Shown here: piece by piece, positions 37,674 through 52,049 of the stretch
How positions within the stretch are numbered: the first letter of the stretch is position 1
How the letters are laid out: each line of letters begins with the position of its first letter
Origin: Euprymna scolopes
Taxonomy: Eukaryota
Length of the DNA stretch: 64,000 bases
Assembly (NCBI GenBank): GCA_053919585.1
Contig: CM132791.1
Direction: 5' to 3' (one strand)
Translations under genes and position numbers: made by a program
Notes under the pieces: model-generated
Databases searched by the model: none
What the model was told of the DNA's origin: nothing
Seen by the model: the letters and a program-made list of their open reading frames with translations, nothing else

Positions 37674-39147
37674 TATATGTATGTATATATATATATATAT
37701 ATGTATGTATCTATGATTGTTTGTATGTATGCATGTTTGTATGTTTATATATACGGCATAATCACATTGACACCGGTTCTCATCAGATCACCAAAGCTAA
37801 GCAACTAGTACCAGATGGATGACCAATTGGGAATTCTCGGCGCTGTATGTGCTCGATGCTTATCTCGGCAATGTTTCCAGTCGCCAGGAACCTCCAATTT
37901 CACCTGGTATTTAACAACGCCAACTCAGGAGATGTATGGTTGGGATTGCGCAACTCTTGCCGCAAAAATTCCTTGCGAGTGAACATTGTTATACGAAGCA
38001 ATTATTGTATATGTGTAGGAAATAATTGTGAAATCTGACAGTATATAAGCAAAAATCACAAACCGATACGTTTTCGTTTGTATATCTTCTTTTGTCTTTA
38101 TTCTGTTTCATTACTTACCAAAACTTACACAAGTTTAGCATCGTTTAATTTATCGATGTTATCGTTTTTTTATTCTTGTTGTCTATGGAAGTCGAGTAGA
38201 TGGGTTGATCAAAGATTCATTCGAAGGTGGCATAAGTTTTTGTGAAGTACGTTCGAGTCAAGTAATATAGTCTCGCTTTCAGTTTGTGAATGTCAGCCAA
38301 GATTATCCATCAATTGATGCAGGTGGGACGCTAAATGAAGGGACTGACGTTTATATCGTTTTGGATTTGAAACCACGGCACAATGGACGTCAGAAAGTGG
38401 CAAAAAGTGAGAGTTACATCTTACAAGATAGCTGTACGTGTACAAATAAGTAAACAAATAAATATTCTCTGAGATAATACACACACACATACACACACAC
38501 AAATATATATATATATAATGAAAGATAGATAAACAAATAAGGAGAAATAGAGATAGAGTACGCGTGTGTGTGAGTTTGAGAGAGATGAATACATAACACA
38601 CAAGAGAAGCAAACACCTCGTGAAAAATAGAACAAAAAATGCGAGCAGAGCAATATGTGCATAAGCTTAAATCAACACTCACTCTCTCACTAATATATTT
38701 AAAAAAAATTAAAATCACTCCAGACAAGGTGTGAAGCCACTTAATGTAAGATGCTAACAAGAACGAACTATGATTAACACAAAGAGAGGATATGCCTATT
38801 GATCTTAGTCTTTGAAAGACGAATACTGTAGATAGNNNNNNNNNNNNNNNNNNNNNNNNNNNNNNNNNNNNNNNNNNNNNNNNNNNNNNNNNNNNNNNNN
38901 NNNNNNNNNNNNNNNNNNNNNNNNNNNNNNNNNNNNNNNNNNNNNNNNNNNNNNNNNNNNNNNNNNNNNNNTAACATCTTTACTTCAAGACCAATGGCTA
39001 TTAACGCAAAAATTGAAGGAAATTAAGTGCCTATAAATACTATGTCGGCAGGCATTAATATTAAACGGTCGGAAAGTTTTCAACGACTGAAAGTCGGAAT
39101 GCTGCATTCATGTAACAGTTAACTGCTATTTTCTTTATTCCTTAAAC

Positions 39148-39196
<49 letters not shown>

Positions 39197-39396
39197 GGTG
39201 ACCCCCCCCAAAAAAAAACGCTAAATGGAGGCCATCTAGAAAATATGCTGAAGAACGGAAAAAAGGCTAAAGACCCTAGTGTTTTGATGTGATGTTTTTG
39301 ATATAATAAACTAGTTATGACAAAAGGTTCATTTCAATCGGACAAAACAATAAGAAACGGCCTTAATTATAGTTGAGGCCCGTTTTTTTCTGGGTC

Positions 39397-39451
<55 letters not shown>

Positions 39452-40468
39452 TGTTTTGTACTATGTTTGCTGGCCAAATTTTGTTTTTAGTATCAGCGAT
39501 TAATCGTTATAGTTTCTGTGTATGTTGTGAAAAATATTTGTCGGTATGTTTCATTGGATGATTTTTTTCCTGGTGTTCACTTACATTACTTACATTTTCT
39601 TTATTCCTATAAGTTTCAGTTACGATAATCATCTGCTTTTGAGAATGTATCTTGGTTACTCTGCAAACTTCTCTGTCGTTATATTTTTGGCAGTTGATTT
39701 GCTGCATAGTTTCCTCCTTCGATTCAGAGAGACACGTTGTAATAGTGTTTCATCATTAGAGAATATATCCATTTTTGGTTTGTGTCTTTTACTTAGTTGT
39801 ATTAATTTTGCATTAATTATCATTTTGACTCATTTGGTCTGTAATATTTTTATACAAAGAGAGTAGAGAATGGATATTAGCCTCCAAACTCTTGCTTCCC
39901 TTTCCTTATTTTAGTCACCTAGTCCTCACATTCCATGAGCGCTGTTTCTAACAAAAGGGAGAGGAAGAATTACTGTTTCTTTGGTTCAAATCTATTCTTT
40001 TAAGTTGAACTATTTTAGTTTCTTAAATCAAGCGAATAAGCGATTTCCAAAAAAACAAACAAAAAACAATGAAATGAGAAGGGCCAATATTCGCTGGATG
40101 CCGAGCAAGTTCCGCATCAAGGAATCACCTACCAATCATGATGTGACCGGATCCCTTGCCAAGAGACCTTTCTGTCATGTAAAAGGCAAACTTCGATTAC
40201 GGAACCAAAGTGATCCGCTTTCCTGGTCTGCGGTAACCAAACTATGACCCATCCTCGTCAACGCAGGTTGGTTGTGCTGATCGGCCTTTCATTCGTAGCC
40301 GGCGCATATTAAGTTCTCGTGTGTCAGGGTCGATATGCCGCCATCTCGCTGGTCGGTCGCCCACTAAGGAAAAAGAAACAATAATTCACAATTCGCGATA
40401 GGAAGCGCTCAATACACAGAGAAAGGAAACAAACTCAGCTCTTCTAGCCTACTGATTAATTCAAACAA

Positions 40469-40531
<63 letters not shown>

Positions 40532-40967
40532 GTTCACAAATATAAAGTTCATATAATTGATAATTAGTCATTAGGCTTTTCCTTTTCTTTCTCTTCTTGG
40601 TAGTGCGGCTTAATAATATCGGGCGTCGTGAAAAGGGGGGTTACGCGATCACTTCAAGTTCTTCTCCGAAATCAACTCTCGGACTCCAAAACTTAATTCA
40701 GAACTCTAGAAACAAACTCACTCTGACTCTTTCCGGCTCTGCACATGATTATAAAGTCCGGGGCAGGGTAACATGAGGTGGTTCGCCCAACCAATCAACT
40801 ACGACAACGTCACTTCTTCGCACCTGGAAATGTCGCAAGCTATTACCAGGCCCCTAGGGTCACGCTGATCCCTAAGTCAGATGACTGTAATCGAAGTGTA
40901 AGATTCGTTCTCCAATATTTCGCATTATTTTGCAGTCATTCACCACATATGTGTTCGTTCGACCTTT

Positions 40968-43413
40968 AAAATGACATTGCTGTTGACAGATAATCAAAAA
41001 TGGCATTGCTGTTGAAAGATAATCAAAAATGACATTGCTGTTGACAGATAATCAAAAATGACATTGCTGTTGACAGATAATTAAAAAATGACATTGCTGT
41101 TGACAGATAATCAAAAATGACATTGCTGTTGACAGATAATCAAAAATGACATTGCTGTTGACAGATAATCAAAAATGACATTGCTGTTGACAGATAATCA
41201 AAAATGACATTGCTGTTGACAGATAATCAAAAATGACATTGCTGTTGACAGATAATCAAAAATGACATTGCTGTTGAAAGATAATCAAAAATGACATTGC
41301 TGTTGACAGATAATCAAAAATGACATTGCTGTTGACAGATAATCAAAAATGACATTGCTGTTGAAAGATAATCAAAAATGACATTGCCGTTGACAGATAA
41401 TTAAAAAATGACATTGCTGTTGACAGATAATCAAAAATGACATTGCTGTTGACAGATAATCAAAAATGACATTGCTGTTGACAGATAATCAAAAATGACA
41501 TTGCTGTTGACAGATAATCAAAAATGACATTGCTGTTGACAGATAATCAAAAATGACATTGCTGTTGACAGATAATTAAAAAATGACATTGCTGTTGACA
41601 GATAATCAAAAATGACATTGCTGTTGACAGATAATCAAAAATGACATTGCTGTTGACAGATAATCAAAAATGACATTGCTGTTGGCAGATAATCAAAAAT
41701 GACATTGCTGTTGAAAGATAATCAAAAATGACATTGCTGTTGACAGATAATCAAAAATGGCATTGCTGTTGACAGATAATCAAAAATGACATTGCTGTTG
41801 ACAGATAATCAAAAATGACATTGCTGTTGACAGATAATCAAAAATGACATTGCTGTTGACAGATAATCAAAAATGACATTACTGTTGACAGATAATCAAA
41901 AATGACATTGCTGTTGACAGATAATCAAAAATGACATTGCTGTTGACAGATAATCAAAAATGGCATTGCTGTTGACAGATAATCAAAAATGACATTGCTG
42001 TTGACAGATAATCAAAAATGACATTGCTGTTGACAGATAATCAAAAATGACTTTGCTGTTGACAGATAATCAAAAATGACATTACTGTTGACAGATAATC
42101 AAAAATGACATTGCTGTTGACAGATAATCAAAAATGACATTGCTGTTGACAGATAATCAAAAATGGCATTGCTGTTGACAGATAATCAAAAATGACATTG
42201 CTGTTGACAGATAATCAAAAATGACATTGCTGTTGACAGATAATCAAAAATGACTTTGCTGTTGACAGATAATCAAAAATGACATTGCTGTTGACAGATA
42301 ATCAAAAATGACATTGCTGTTGACAGATAATCAAAAATGACATTGCTGTTGACAGATAATCAAAAATGACATTTCTGTTGACAGATAATCAAAAATGACA
42401 TTGCTGTTAACAGATAATCAAAAATGACATTGCTGTTGACAGATAATCAAAAAGGACATTGCTGTTGACAGATAATCAAAAATGACATTGCTTTTGACAG
42501 ATAATCAAAAATGACATTGCTGTTGACAGATAATCAAAAATGACATTGCTGTTGACAGATAATCAAAAATGACATTGCTGTTGACAGATAATCAAAAATG
42601 ACATTGCTGTTGACAGATAATCAAAAATGACATTGCTGTTGACAGATAATCAAAAATGACATTGCTGTTGACAGATAATCAAAAATGACATTGCTGTTGA
42701 CAGATAATCAAAAATGACATTGCTGTTGACAGATAATCAAAAATGACATTGCTGTGTACAGATAATCAAAAATGGCATTGCTGTTGACAGATAATCAAAA
42801 ATGACATTGCTGTTGACAGATAATCAAAAATGACATTGCTGTTGACAGATAATCAAAAATGACATTGCTGTTGACAGATAATCAAAAATGACATTGCTGT
42901 TGACAGATAATCAAAAATGACATTGCTGTTGACAGATAATCAAAAATGACATTGCTGTTGACAGATAATCAAAAATGACATTGCTGTTGACAGATAATCA
43001 AAAATGGCATTGCTGTGTACAGATAATGAAAAATGACATTGCTGTTGACAGATAATCAAAAATGACATTGCTGTTGACAGATAATCAAAAATGACTTTGC
43101 TGTTGACAGATAATCAAAAATGACATTGCTGTTGACAGATAATCAAAAATGACATTGCTGTTGACAGATAATCAAAAATGACATTGCTGTTGACAGATAA
43201 TCAAAAATGACATTGCTGTTGACAGATAATCAAAAATGACATTGCTGTTGACAGATAATCAAAAATGACATTGCTGTTGACAGATAATCAAAAATGACAT
43301 TGCTGTTGACAGATAATCAAAAATGACATTGCTGTTGACAGATAATCAAAAATGACATTGCTGTTGACAGATAATCAAAAATGACATTGCTGTTGACAGA
43401 TAATCAAAAATGA
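40968..43413. repeat. 29-bp minisatellite, duplicated copy
   Basis: Same consensus and nearly the same variant order as 31270-33715. Confidence 0.99.
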
Positions 43414-43875
43414 TCAAAACACAATTACTTATTATTTGAACATTTTCCCTCAGCAGGGATTTTTGCTGTCGCCCGAGCACACTAATTTTAATGAAGAGTT
43501 ACGTATGCCCGTTTTTATAAGGAACATTTATTTTCCGCTCCCTCCCTTTGAGAGCCCAACCGCCCTTTTGGTCGGTCATGTCACATTAACACGCATTCTT
43601 TTGTTACACGTTTGTTACACGTTGGCCTTGTGCCTAAATTTTTTGTTCATTGTTTTTTGTATTTTTATATTTTAATGCGAATAAAAGATTTGATATCTCA
43701 AAGTTTTCTGATGCTTCACTTGTAAGTAATTGTAAGTAATTGTAAGTAATTGCTCCTCGGTCAATGTAGAGGAAAAACTTCATACTGAGACAATTACTAT
43801 TTATTCGAATACTGCCAGAATGATCCATTTTGTGAGGAGCTGGTTTTCCCCATATTAAAAACGAGCTTGTGTCTA

Positions 43876-44287
43876 CAGAGTGGTCAAAAAGTCAGGTAAC
43901 ATTTTAAAGAAAAACGATATTAGCAATACACATATATTTAAGTACCATACATTGAAATATAAAATGAAACAAACATGAAATATGTTTATTTTGTTAATTG
44001 TCGTCCATTTATCTCTATCAATCGTTGGAAGCGATTAACCACTGATTGTGTAACACGTGTAATCATGTCAGCTGATATCCGTGCAATCTCCTCTTCAATA
44101 AATAACTTTAAAGACGCTATTGTATCAGGCTTCTTGCCATAAACGCTATCCTTTACATAGCCCCAAAGCCAGAAATCAGGAGGGGTAAGATCCGAAGATC
44201 TGGCTGGCCATTCAACTGGGCCACGGCGACCAATCCATCGTTGGTTTTTCTACCTTTAACATGTTACCTGACTTTTTGACCACCCTG
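43876..44287 (-). mobile_element. Duplicate of the 34178-34589 Tc1/mariner-superfamily element
   Basis: Same TIRs, TA flanks and transposase C-terminus. Confidence 0.92.
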
Positions 44288-45849
44288 TAATTTGCTTTCA
44301 TGCGGAAGCAAATAAATTCCTTACCTGACCCCCGGCCAGGTTTAAAAGCAACGTTCATTTCTGCGCATGCGTGGCGACTCCTATGATTCTAAAGTTAGTT
44401 ACCCATTTATTGAATTCACTATCTTCTTTGTCCTACTGGTTTGCGAGGAAGACCTTTCGAGTTCGAGCCCACCTCTCTATTTCTTTCTTTTTTATTTTTT
44501 TTATTTCGTCCTTCTGCCAATATTTTCCACCCGGGCAAAAGTTAATTACCAACTCATTGAATTCACTATCCTCTTTGGTCTAATGGTTAGCGCTGAAAAT
44601 GAATACCCATCTCCCTCTATGTGTTTTTTTTTAAACCAGTCCTTAATATGAAAAAATAGTCTTTCACATGTATGACAACAAAAATCCGAAGACCAGTGCA
44701 CCTATCACACTCAGATCTAGCATCTTACCTATTAATGTCTAAAACCTTCTATCGACATATGTATTGTGTAGACAAACAGTTAAACTCTTATCAGCAAACC
44801 AAAAGAATATTGAAACCATACCCATCAACAAGTTGCCATTCATACGATTCCATATAACGCACGCAGTAATTATTATAGCGAAAAAAAATCGGTATACGAA
44901 CACGCTTTTGTTACTCATGTGTTTGATTTAAACCCTAATTTGGCTTTTGAAGACCTCGATAATTAAACAAATGCACGGCTTATATCGCAAACGTCTTATT
45001 GAAGCGACTCTCATTGTTGATTCCAATCAAATAAAGAATGGAATTTTCCAAATTACACATATTTTAGCGAGGTATATAATCAGTGCATATTCTATTAATT
45101 CTAATACGTATAAAATCAGCTATTTCTATCTCACAAACATTTGAAGTTCCTTGGGTTCATTTGTCATTCTTTTTTCTTTCTCTCGACAAATTCTAGTAAA
45201 CCTACATTTTTTCAATAATTCTCCCCCCCCTCTCTTTTCTAACTAAGAATCACTGTTCACTGATATTCAAATATTAAAATACATGGTTTTAAATTCCGAA
45301 ACGGTTTAGTTACATTATTGTTGCTGCTAGCTCACATTCATGAACTTTTATTTATATTGCCCTGAAGATTGGTGTGGTGTATGAACAGCGAAAGCCTTTA
45401 TGGGATTACTTTTTTAAAACTGTATTGAAGTTTTCGTAAAGACTGATATTTTCGTTTGTAAAAAATTGTTCTTTGGTAAATCAGATGTATATCTTGAAAA
45501 TAATGTAACCACGACATCTCTGAGAAAAAAATAATGGCTGTTTTTACTTAATAAGCTCGCATATATCAAAGATACTAATTTGCATAAATATTACAACGAG
45601 GTTTGAAAAAGATTATATACATCTCAAGATAAGAATCAATTTCCACTGATATTTAAATAAACTCCTAAGACTGACTAGTTTGAATCTCTCTGCTTAGTTT
45701 TTTATGTGGTGTATCAGTTGTAAATTTTTGTGAATTCAGAAACATTTTAGTTACAGTTGCTGCTAATTCACATTCGTGAAACTGTATTTATGTTGTCCTG
45801 AAGATTGATGTGGTTTGAAATGATTAACACGAACAGGCTCCTTCAGACT

Positions 45850-46123
45850 TTGGATACCCACCGTAAGGGTGCCTGCGCATGAAATGTTTTAGGCAGGAGG
45901 TCCGCCAATTTCCAACCACACCTCTCCTGAACCGACATTGTTAAATACCAGTGGCAAGTGAAGTGTATGTACAGGACGACTGGAAATAAATGCCAAGATA
46001 AGCGGAGAGCACATGCAGTGCTTAGAATTCCCAAATGATCACCCATCTGGTACTAACCAGGCTCAATGTTGCTTAACTTCGGTGATCTGAAGAGAACCTC
46101 TGTGTATCAACGCGATAATGTCG
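45850..46123 (-). mobile_element. 5S rRNA-derived SINE
   Basis: Minus strand ..GGTTCTCTTCAGATCACCGAAGTTAAGCAACATTGAGCCTGGTTAGTACCAGATGGGTGATCATTTGGGAATTC.., then a body (GCTTATCTTGGCA..TTCCAGTCG..CTGGTATTTAACAA..CAGGAGA..TGGTTGG) shared with 28149-28280. Confidence 0.85.
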
Positions 46124-49100
46124 AAAATATTGTATACATACTAAAAGCATAAAGAAATAAGGAATTAACATAATTTCGTCTTTATTTTAAGCAAAGGCAA
46201 GAATAAATTTCGAGACTGCATTTGAGGTTTTATCAATTCGAATCCTCAACACAAAATAACCATACGCATTCTCAAACGAAACACGCGCACAACAATTACC
46301 CAGTTGGAAAATCATTCTAGAACGACATCTAAAAAGCAAATTGAATCAACAAGCCCACGAGGCACAATGCCTTGATTCCAAAGAAAATCACATTTATCTC
46401 CTCGACAGATTAGTTTAGATCTCCATCGGCGAAATAATATCTTCTCGTGTTTGTCGCGCAAGTGCTAATGTTCTTAAACGGCAGTCAGTTAATGAGATAA
46501 TATTCCTGTGTTTTATTGGGTTAGCACAGAAGAGTTATAATCAATATTGCCAACATTAAGTGAGGTACGTGGAGAAAATCATAAACAACAACAATAATGA
46601 TGCTACATCAGCGCAAATATTAATCATTAGCATCGCCAACATTAAACTACCGTCGAGCAACAACAATGACAACAATCAATGACTAAACAGCTTAAACTAC
46701 TACTACTGATAAAATCACACACATATATCCCTATACCAACGAATTTTCCGATTACATGAAGTAACCACAGGAGACAATTATACATTCTGCTTACACTAAC
46801 TTATGTTACTTTTTAACGCAGGAAGAAAAATTGCTAGATCGGAATCCATCAAACAGTTATCGTTGGCAAGTTGTTGACCTTGAAGTAATATTTTATTTTT
46901 GTTTCTTACATGAAGTTGTTTTATGCCTACCGGAATGCTCACACATTACATCTTACAGCTCTTCCCAACACCTGTTGTTTCTAGGAAATAAATATTGATT
47001 GTAACATTATTTGATGACAGTTTTCTATTTTGCTTCTGTACGGTTGTCGAACAATTTTAACTATGCCCGCGATACAGATAACTTTTGTAAGATAATTCCA
47101 GTTTAAAAGGTGACTGTAAACGGAACAATGTATCATTTAACAAACAGGTCTTATAAATTGTCTACGGCTAGTGTTGGCGGCCATATAATTTCATTAGTAG
47201 ATCATCCCACTAAAAGGCTATCTGCATCCAAAAAAAAAAAAAAACAACAACAACAACACATTCCTATTTATTCAGCAAAAGAATTTTCTAATTTTAAATA
47301 AATTTCAGCATTTATCCAAATATTCAATCATTCAATGAATTATGAAGTAATTAAGTAGAGTCGAATGTAATAAGCAAAGAAGAAAGCGTCAACGTGTGTG
47401 TGCCTTATGTGGCTATATGACCTAGCTTCAGGTGGGATCTGAGAGAGAGATTAAAGATGGCGGCCGTGTCTTTATAAGGTGTAGTCTCATGGACTCGCAC
47501 GAGATCACACCGCACACTGCACACATATACAAATAAAATGGAATCAGCCCATTTACCAGCCCATTTAACTGGAAATTACTAATTATCAAACATCGCTGTT
47601 GGTAAGCTAATCATATTTCAACATTAATTGTTTATAAATCGTATAGAGTAGCATACATATAATATAATCATTCTGTCATGGTCTTTGATTTATTTCAAGA
47701 CTGTGAACTATATACTCCCTATCAATAATTACCACCTCCAACGCTCTATATAGCATGTTTTTTCTCCATTTTTTCTCTTCTGTTCTCGGTCTGACCGTGT
47801 CATTGTCTATTGCATTTTGGCAAACGTTGACGGCGCTCATAAGTATAAAAGATATACAAACAATAGACCCCGACACATTTTGTGGATATCTGCTGTACTC
47901 TTGTAACAGAGATGGGCCTTACGATAAGCGAGTATGTCAGCTAGTTTAAATACGCATTTTGTACAGCTAAACAAAATGGGTACAAAACAAATATGTGACA
48001 AGAATGGAATTTGTAAATAAATGGCAACGAACTAAAAAACGAAAATACAAACAATAGGCAATAACAAAAATTTACCTAATTTCAAACACTAAAGATGACG
48101 CATGTGCTTCCGGCGAGGTCAGTTTGCAGGACAAAGAAACAAATTATTATATACTTTATAGACATGATATTAGTCAGTCAGAGAGACAGGACAATCCAAT
48201 AATGTACTCGATCAACAGGAGTGTGTAGAATTAGGTCCTGAAAACTTACCCGATAGTGCGACTTGGATCACGACAGTGTAAATGAATTAAATAAAGTACA
48301 TTTGCAAATGTAAAAACAGTTATGACTGCTATTGTTTCAAAATCGTACATTGAATGTTCATTGTGTAACTATATGTTTTTAATTATGCATATGTTTTGCG
48401 AACTTGAGTTAGCAGCTCATTTCAAAGAACTGCCTTATGTTAACGTATGTGTTAAGCATCCAGCCGCGCACACACGCCACGCATTTATATGTTGGTACGC
48501 AGTATGTTACAATAAACAGTAAATTCTTGTAATGACAATGACGTATGTACTCTTTACACACATTTAAAATAAGCACATTGGTGTTTGTATATACGATGTA
48601 TGTAACATTATGTGTCGTTTTTTATCCCTAGATAAATGTCAGTATATACCCTGCATGTAACAATCTAAGCATGTGTGTAAAACCATCGACCCTCTAATTG
48701 CTAACGGTCACATCTTAGGTGTCTGTCGAGGCCATGATCGTCAGTCGGTTGATCAATTCATCTACCTGTCTGTTTCAAACCACAACCTGTCCTTAACTGT
48801 AGCCAAGTGTAAACTGTCGTCAGTTGCCGTCGACTGTTGCCAGCTCAAAATTGTTGTCAGCTGTAAACTGTCGCAAAACTCATCCCCACTCCTAAACTGT
48901 TCGTAAACTAACTCTTCTTTGTCTAGTCTTTTGCCCCAGTTACTCCCACACTTTGATTATCTATCCTGTTTCAGATTGCTTTTGTGTGCCTTGGTTAACC
49001 TACCATATTTTTTACTAATCTCACTTCCTATACTTTTGCTATGCTAACCAACCATTTCCTTTTTTTATTATATATTTTTTTAAATCATTGGCTAATATTT

Positions 49101-51307
49101 TTTGGCAGATGTGTATAGTACCACAGTACTTAACAGTAATTAACAGTAAATTATACAGATAGATGACGAAAGTAACTTTGGAATTGTCATATTTTTTTTC
49201 TTATATAATCCTCATTGCTTTTTCAGTATTATATGGTGAGTTTTCATGAACTAGGATGCTATGTTTTGAATCTTTTCACTAATAAATTTACTCTCAGGAC
49301 AGACTTCAAAATCTTTCTACTCGTATCGATTAGATTTTTTGCTTATAGAATAATATATAGTTATATATTTATATGTATTATAGAATAATATATATTTATA
49401 TAAAGCCATTTGCTCCCCTCTTAACATCCGCCGCGCCAATGCTGTTTGCTGTGGTTTAAAAAAATTCTTTTCTGTCTTCCCTTTTCGTTCTGGCTGTGTC
49501 ATCTTAGCGACCGTCGTGAGGATCGCAGACTTATGAGTAGAAAATGATAAACAATGTAAACTCAAAGAAGAAAACTCAAACTTGTGTTTAAATAAGTTGT
49601 ACCCTCTGTGTATGTGTGTGTGCGTGATACCATCGCAGAAAACGACCCTCAACATTTTAGTTATTCGTCAAAGTATCTTTGTCGTTAATGGATCAGTTCG
49701 TATCCTCATCTGCTAACACTCGCTAACTGTCACAAACTGGAAACTGTTCCAACTCATTCTAAATATATTGGCTTCAACGTGCGGTCTTAGTTACCACCAC
49801 AAATTTCTAGTAGAAACTGGCTGCTTACGCAATATCAAGAAGTAGCTGATTATTCTGAAACTGATCACCAACCCTAAGACATCTTTATGTGTCGAGAGTT
49901 CAATAAAATTTTAGTATCCACATCGTCTCTATACTATTCTTATTTCCTTTGTTTTCATTGTTAAGACTTTTTTCTACTTCCGGCAAGTTCTTTCTTTTAT
50001 TTGATGAATCACTTGCCGACACGCAGGAGTGGGTGGCGCCCATAGTATTACATTTGTAATAACCTGCCGGGTGAGACTATACGTGCGTAGTTTGGATTTT
50101 TTGCGAGAGGATATTCATTAAATATTTAATTAGTGTATTAGATGTATCACCTCTCCAGGTTACACATTAAGGACACAGTCAAAACCAGTTATCTATGAGC
50201 TGCCTTAAAACATCACATTTTAAAAAGATGTTGCTATTGTTAAAAGCGACAATACATCTTTTTTGACAACGTTATAATGAGAGAAAAAATAAAGGAAAGC
50301 TCACAAAACACCAATGAAAACAATCCTGACCAGACAAGTACTTTGATATAGGTAGTGATGGTTATGACTATTATATCAATATATTACGACACTCGTACAG
50401 ATGGCGTTTTTAAGACCTGGTGTTCTCTGTTCGGCTCAAATGACCGAATGATCGTTAACACGCGTGTTACGGTCAGCATTCTTCTTTCTATGCATGCGTG
50501 AGTGAACTGAGCATGTTTAATGCGTGCGGCCGCATGATGCACTTTTTATGCCGAAGTAAAAGGTGGGGATTTGGCAGGGGTAAGGGCGGGTGGCGAGGTG
50601 GCAGTAAACAGTCTAAGCCGAGCTCATCTCCCAGTTTGGCGATGTCATGGAATTTGAGGACAAATTTGCGTGCGTCGCTTCAGTCGCTAATGTTGTACAA
50701 ATGACAAAACGGCCCTCGGCCAATCATAGTTCGACATCACTCATCTCGGTGTTATGCAAGTACAGTCGTTCTGCTTCGCTTTACATTCTTTGATTCTTTT
50801 CTTTCTGCGCTTTCTTTCTTTTTTCATTATCTTTTTTTCTTTTTGTTTTCTTTCTTTCTTTTTTATTGTATTGCTCGTTTCCTTTTGTTTTACTTTTCTC
50901 AATTTTATTATTTTACTTTATTTCTTGCTTTCCTCCCTTCGCGTTTTATTTCTGTCTTTAATTCCTTTGATGTTTCGTTTTAATTATTTTGTCCTGCTTT
51001 CGTTTCCTTTTGCCTTTTCTTTCTTTTGTTTACCTTTCTCACCTTTTCTTGGATCACTTCCTCCTTCCTATCTTTTGCCTTTCCATTATTTCTTCATTTT
51101 ATTTCTATCGTTGTTCCTTTTCTTCTTTCTCTCTTTTCACATTTCCTAAACTTTTCTTTATTTCTTGCATGTTTTCTTTAGTTAACTTTGTCTTTCTCTC
51201 TTTTATTTCTATTTCATGATGTCGCATAATAATCATGCTAAATAGAAGAATGAGTACTTAATACAGTGTTGACTGGAGAAGAAGGTATTGATGCAACAAG
51301 AATCAAA

Positions 51308-51506
51308 TCTGTTCCGTCTGCCTGCTTCGCTCCGGACTACAACTTGGATGTCTTCAAGTCCAATGTTAACAAATTCCTAATGAACCGCCCCCTTAAGTAA
51401 ACACTTCAGCAAATCTCCTCACTAACGTAATGTACTTGCAATAACCCTTATCCCTGAGTGGCTTCCGGGCCTTGATAAGTGGTGATCACTGTGTAAAAAA
51501 AAAAAA
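51308..51506 (+). mobile_element. Short LINE 3'-end insertion
   Basis: Near-identical to 24216-24409, with a poly(A) tail and a candidate TSD AAGAATCAAAT / AAGAAGCAAAT. Confidence 0.92.
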
Positions 51507-51966
51507 GAAGCAAATACAGATGTTTAAAAAAATAGGCATTTGATGACAGAATAACAGGCACGGCTGCTTGCAATGAATATAATGATGAATATATAATTCC
51601 GACTATAAAGTATTTTGTAGACAGATGGTTTGATTTTTTAAATTTAAGAAATATCAAATATTTGGATGTCCTTGTGCGCCAAAATAATACCTTTTCCAAA
51701 GATTTATTGTCCGTACGAAGATGTTCTAGACGTGCGTTTATTAGTCAAACATATACATTGATCTAAGGAATGCAATACTAGTCATGTGCTCTTGAGCTTT
51801 ATAACTACACTCTTTAAACTCGTATTGGAAAATATGAAAAAAAGATGGACTATTTAGAAAAATGCAATGGCAACTACATACATATATTAGATATCGTAAC
51901 ACGGACACATTTTGGGAATCACTTCATAGTCCTAAAAATCGATTGTTGCTCTACATCTATCTCGGC

Positions 51967-51997
<31 letters not shown>

Positions 51998-52049
51998 GGT
52001 GACGGTAAAAAGGTAGACCCTCGGCCCCAGAGATATCCCAACTATGTAA

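Larger units (their letters stand above)
35061..44760 (+). repeat. Tandem segmental duplication, copy 2
   Basis: Near-identical to 25368-35060 and ends ...CTATCGACATAT. The junction shares 2 bp (AT). Confidence 0.98.

Noticed and set aside
49317-49655. Possible host exon on the minus strand
   Set aside because: No recognisable protein similarity and no convincing splice-site pair.
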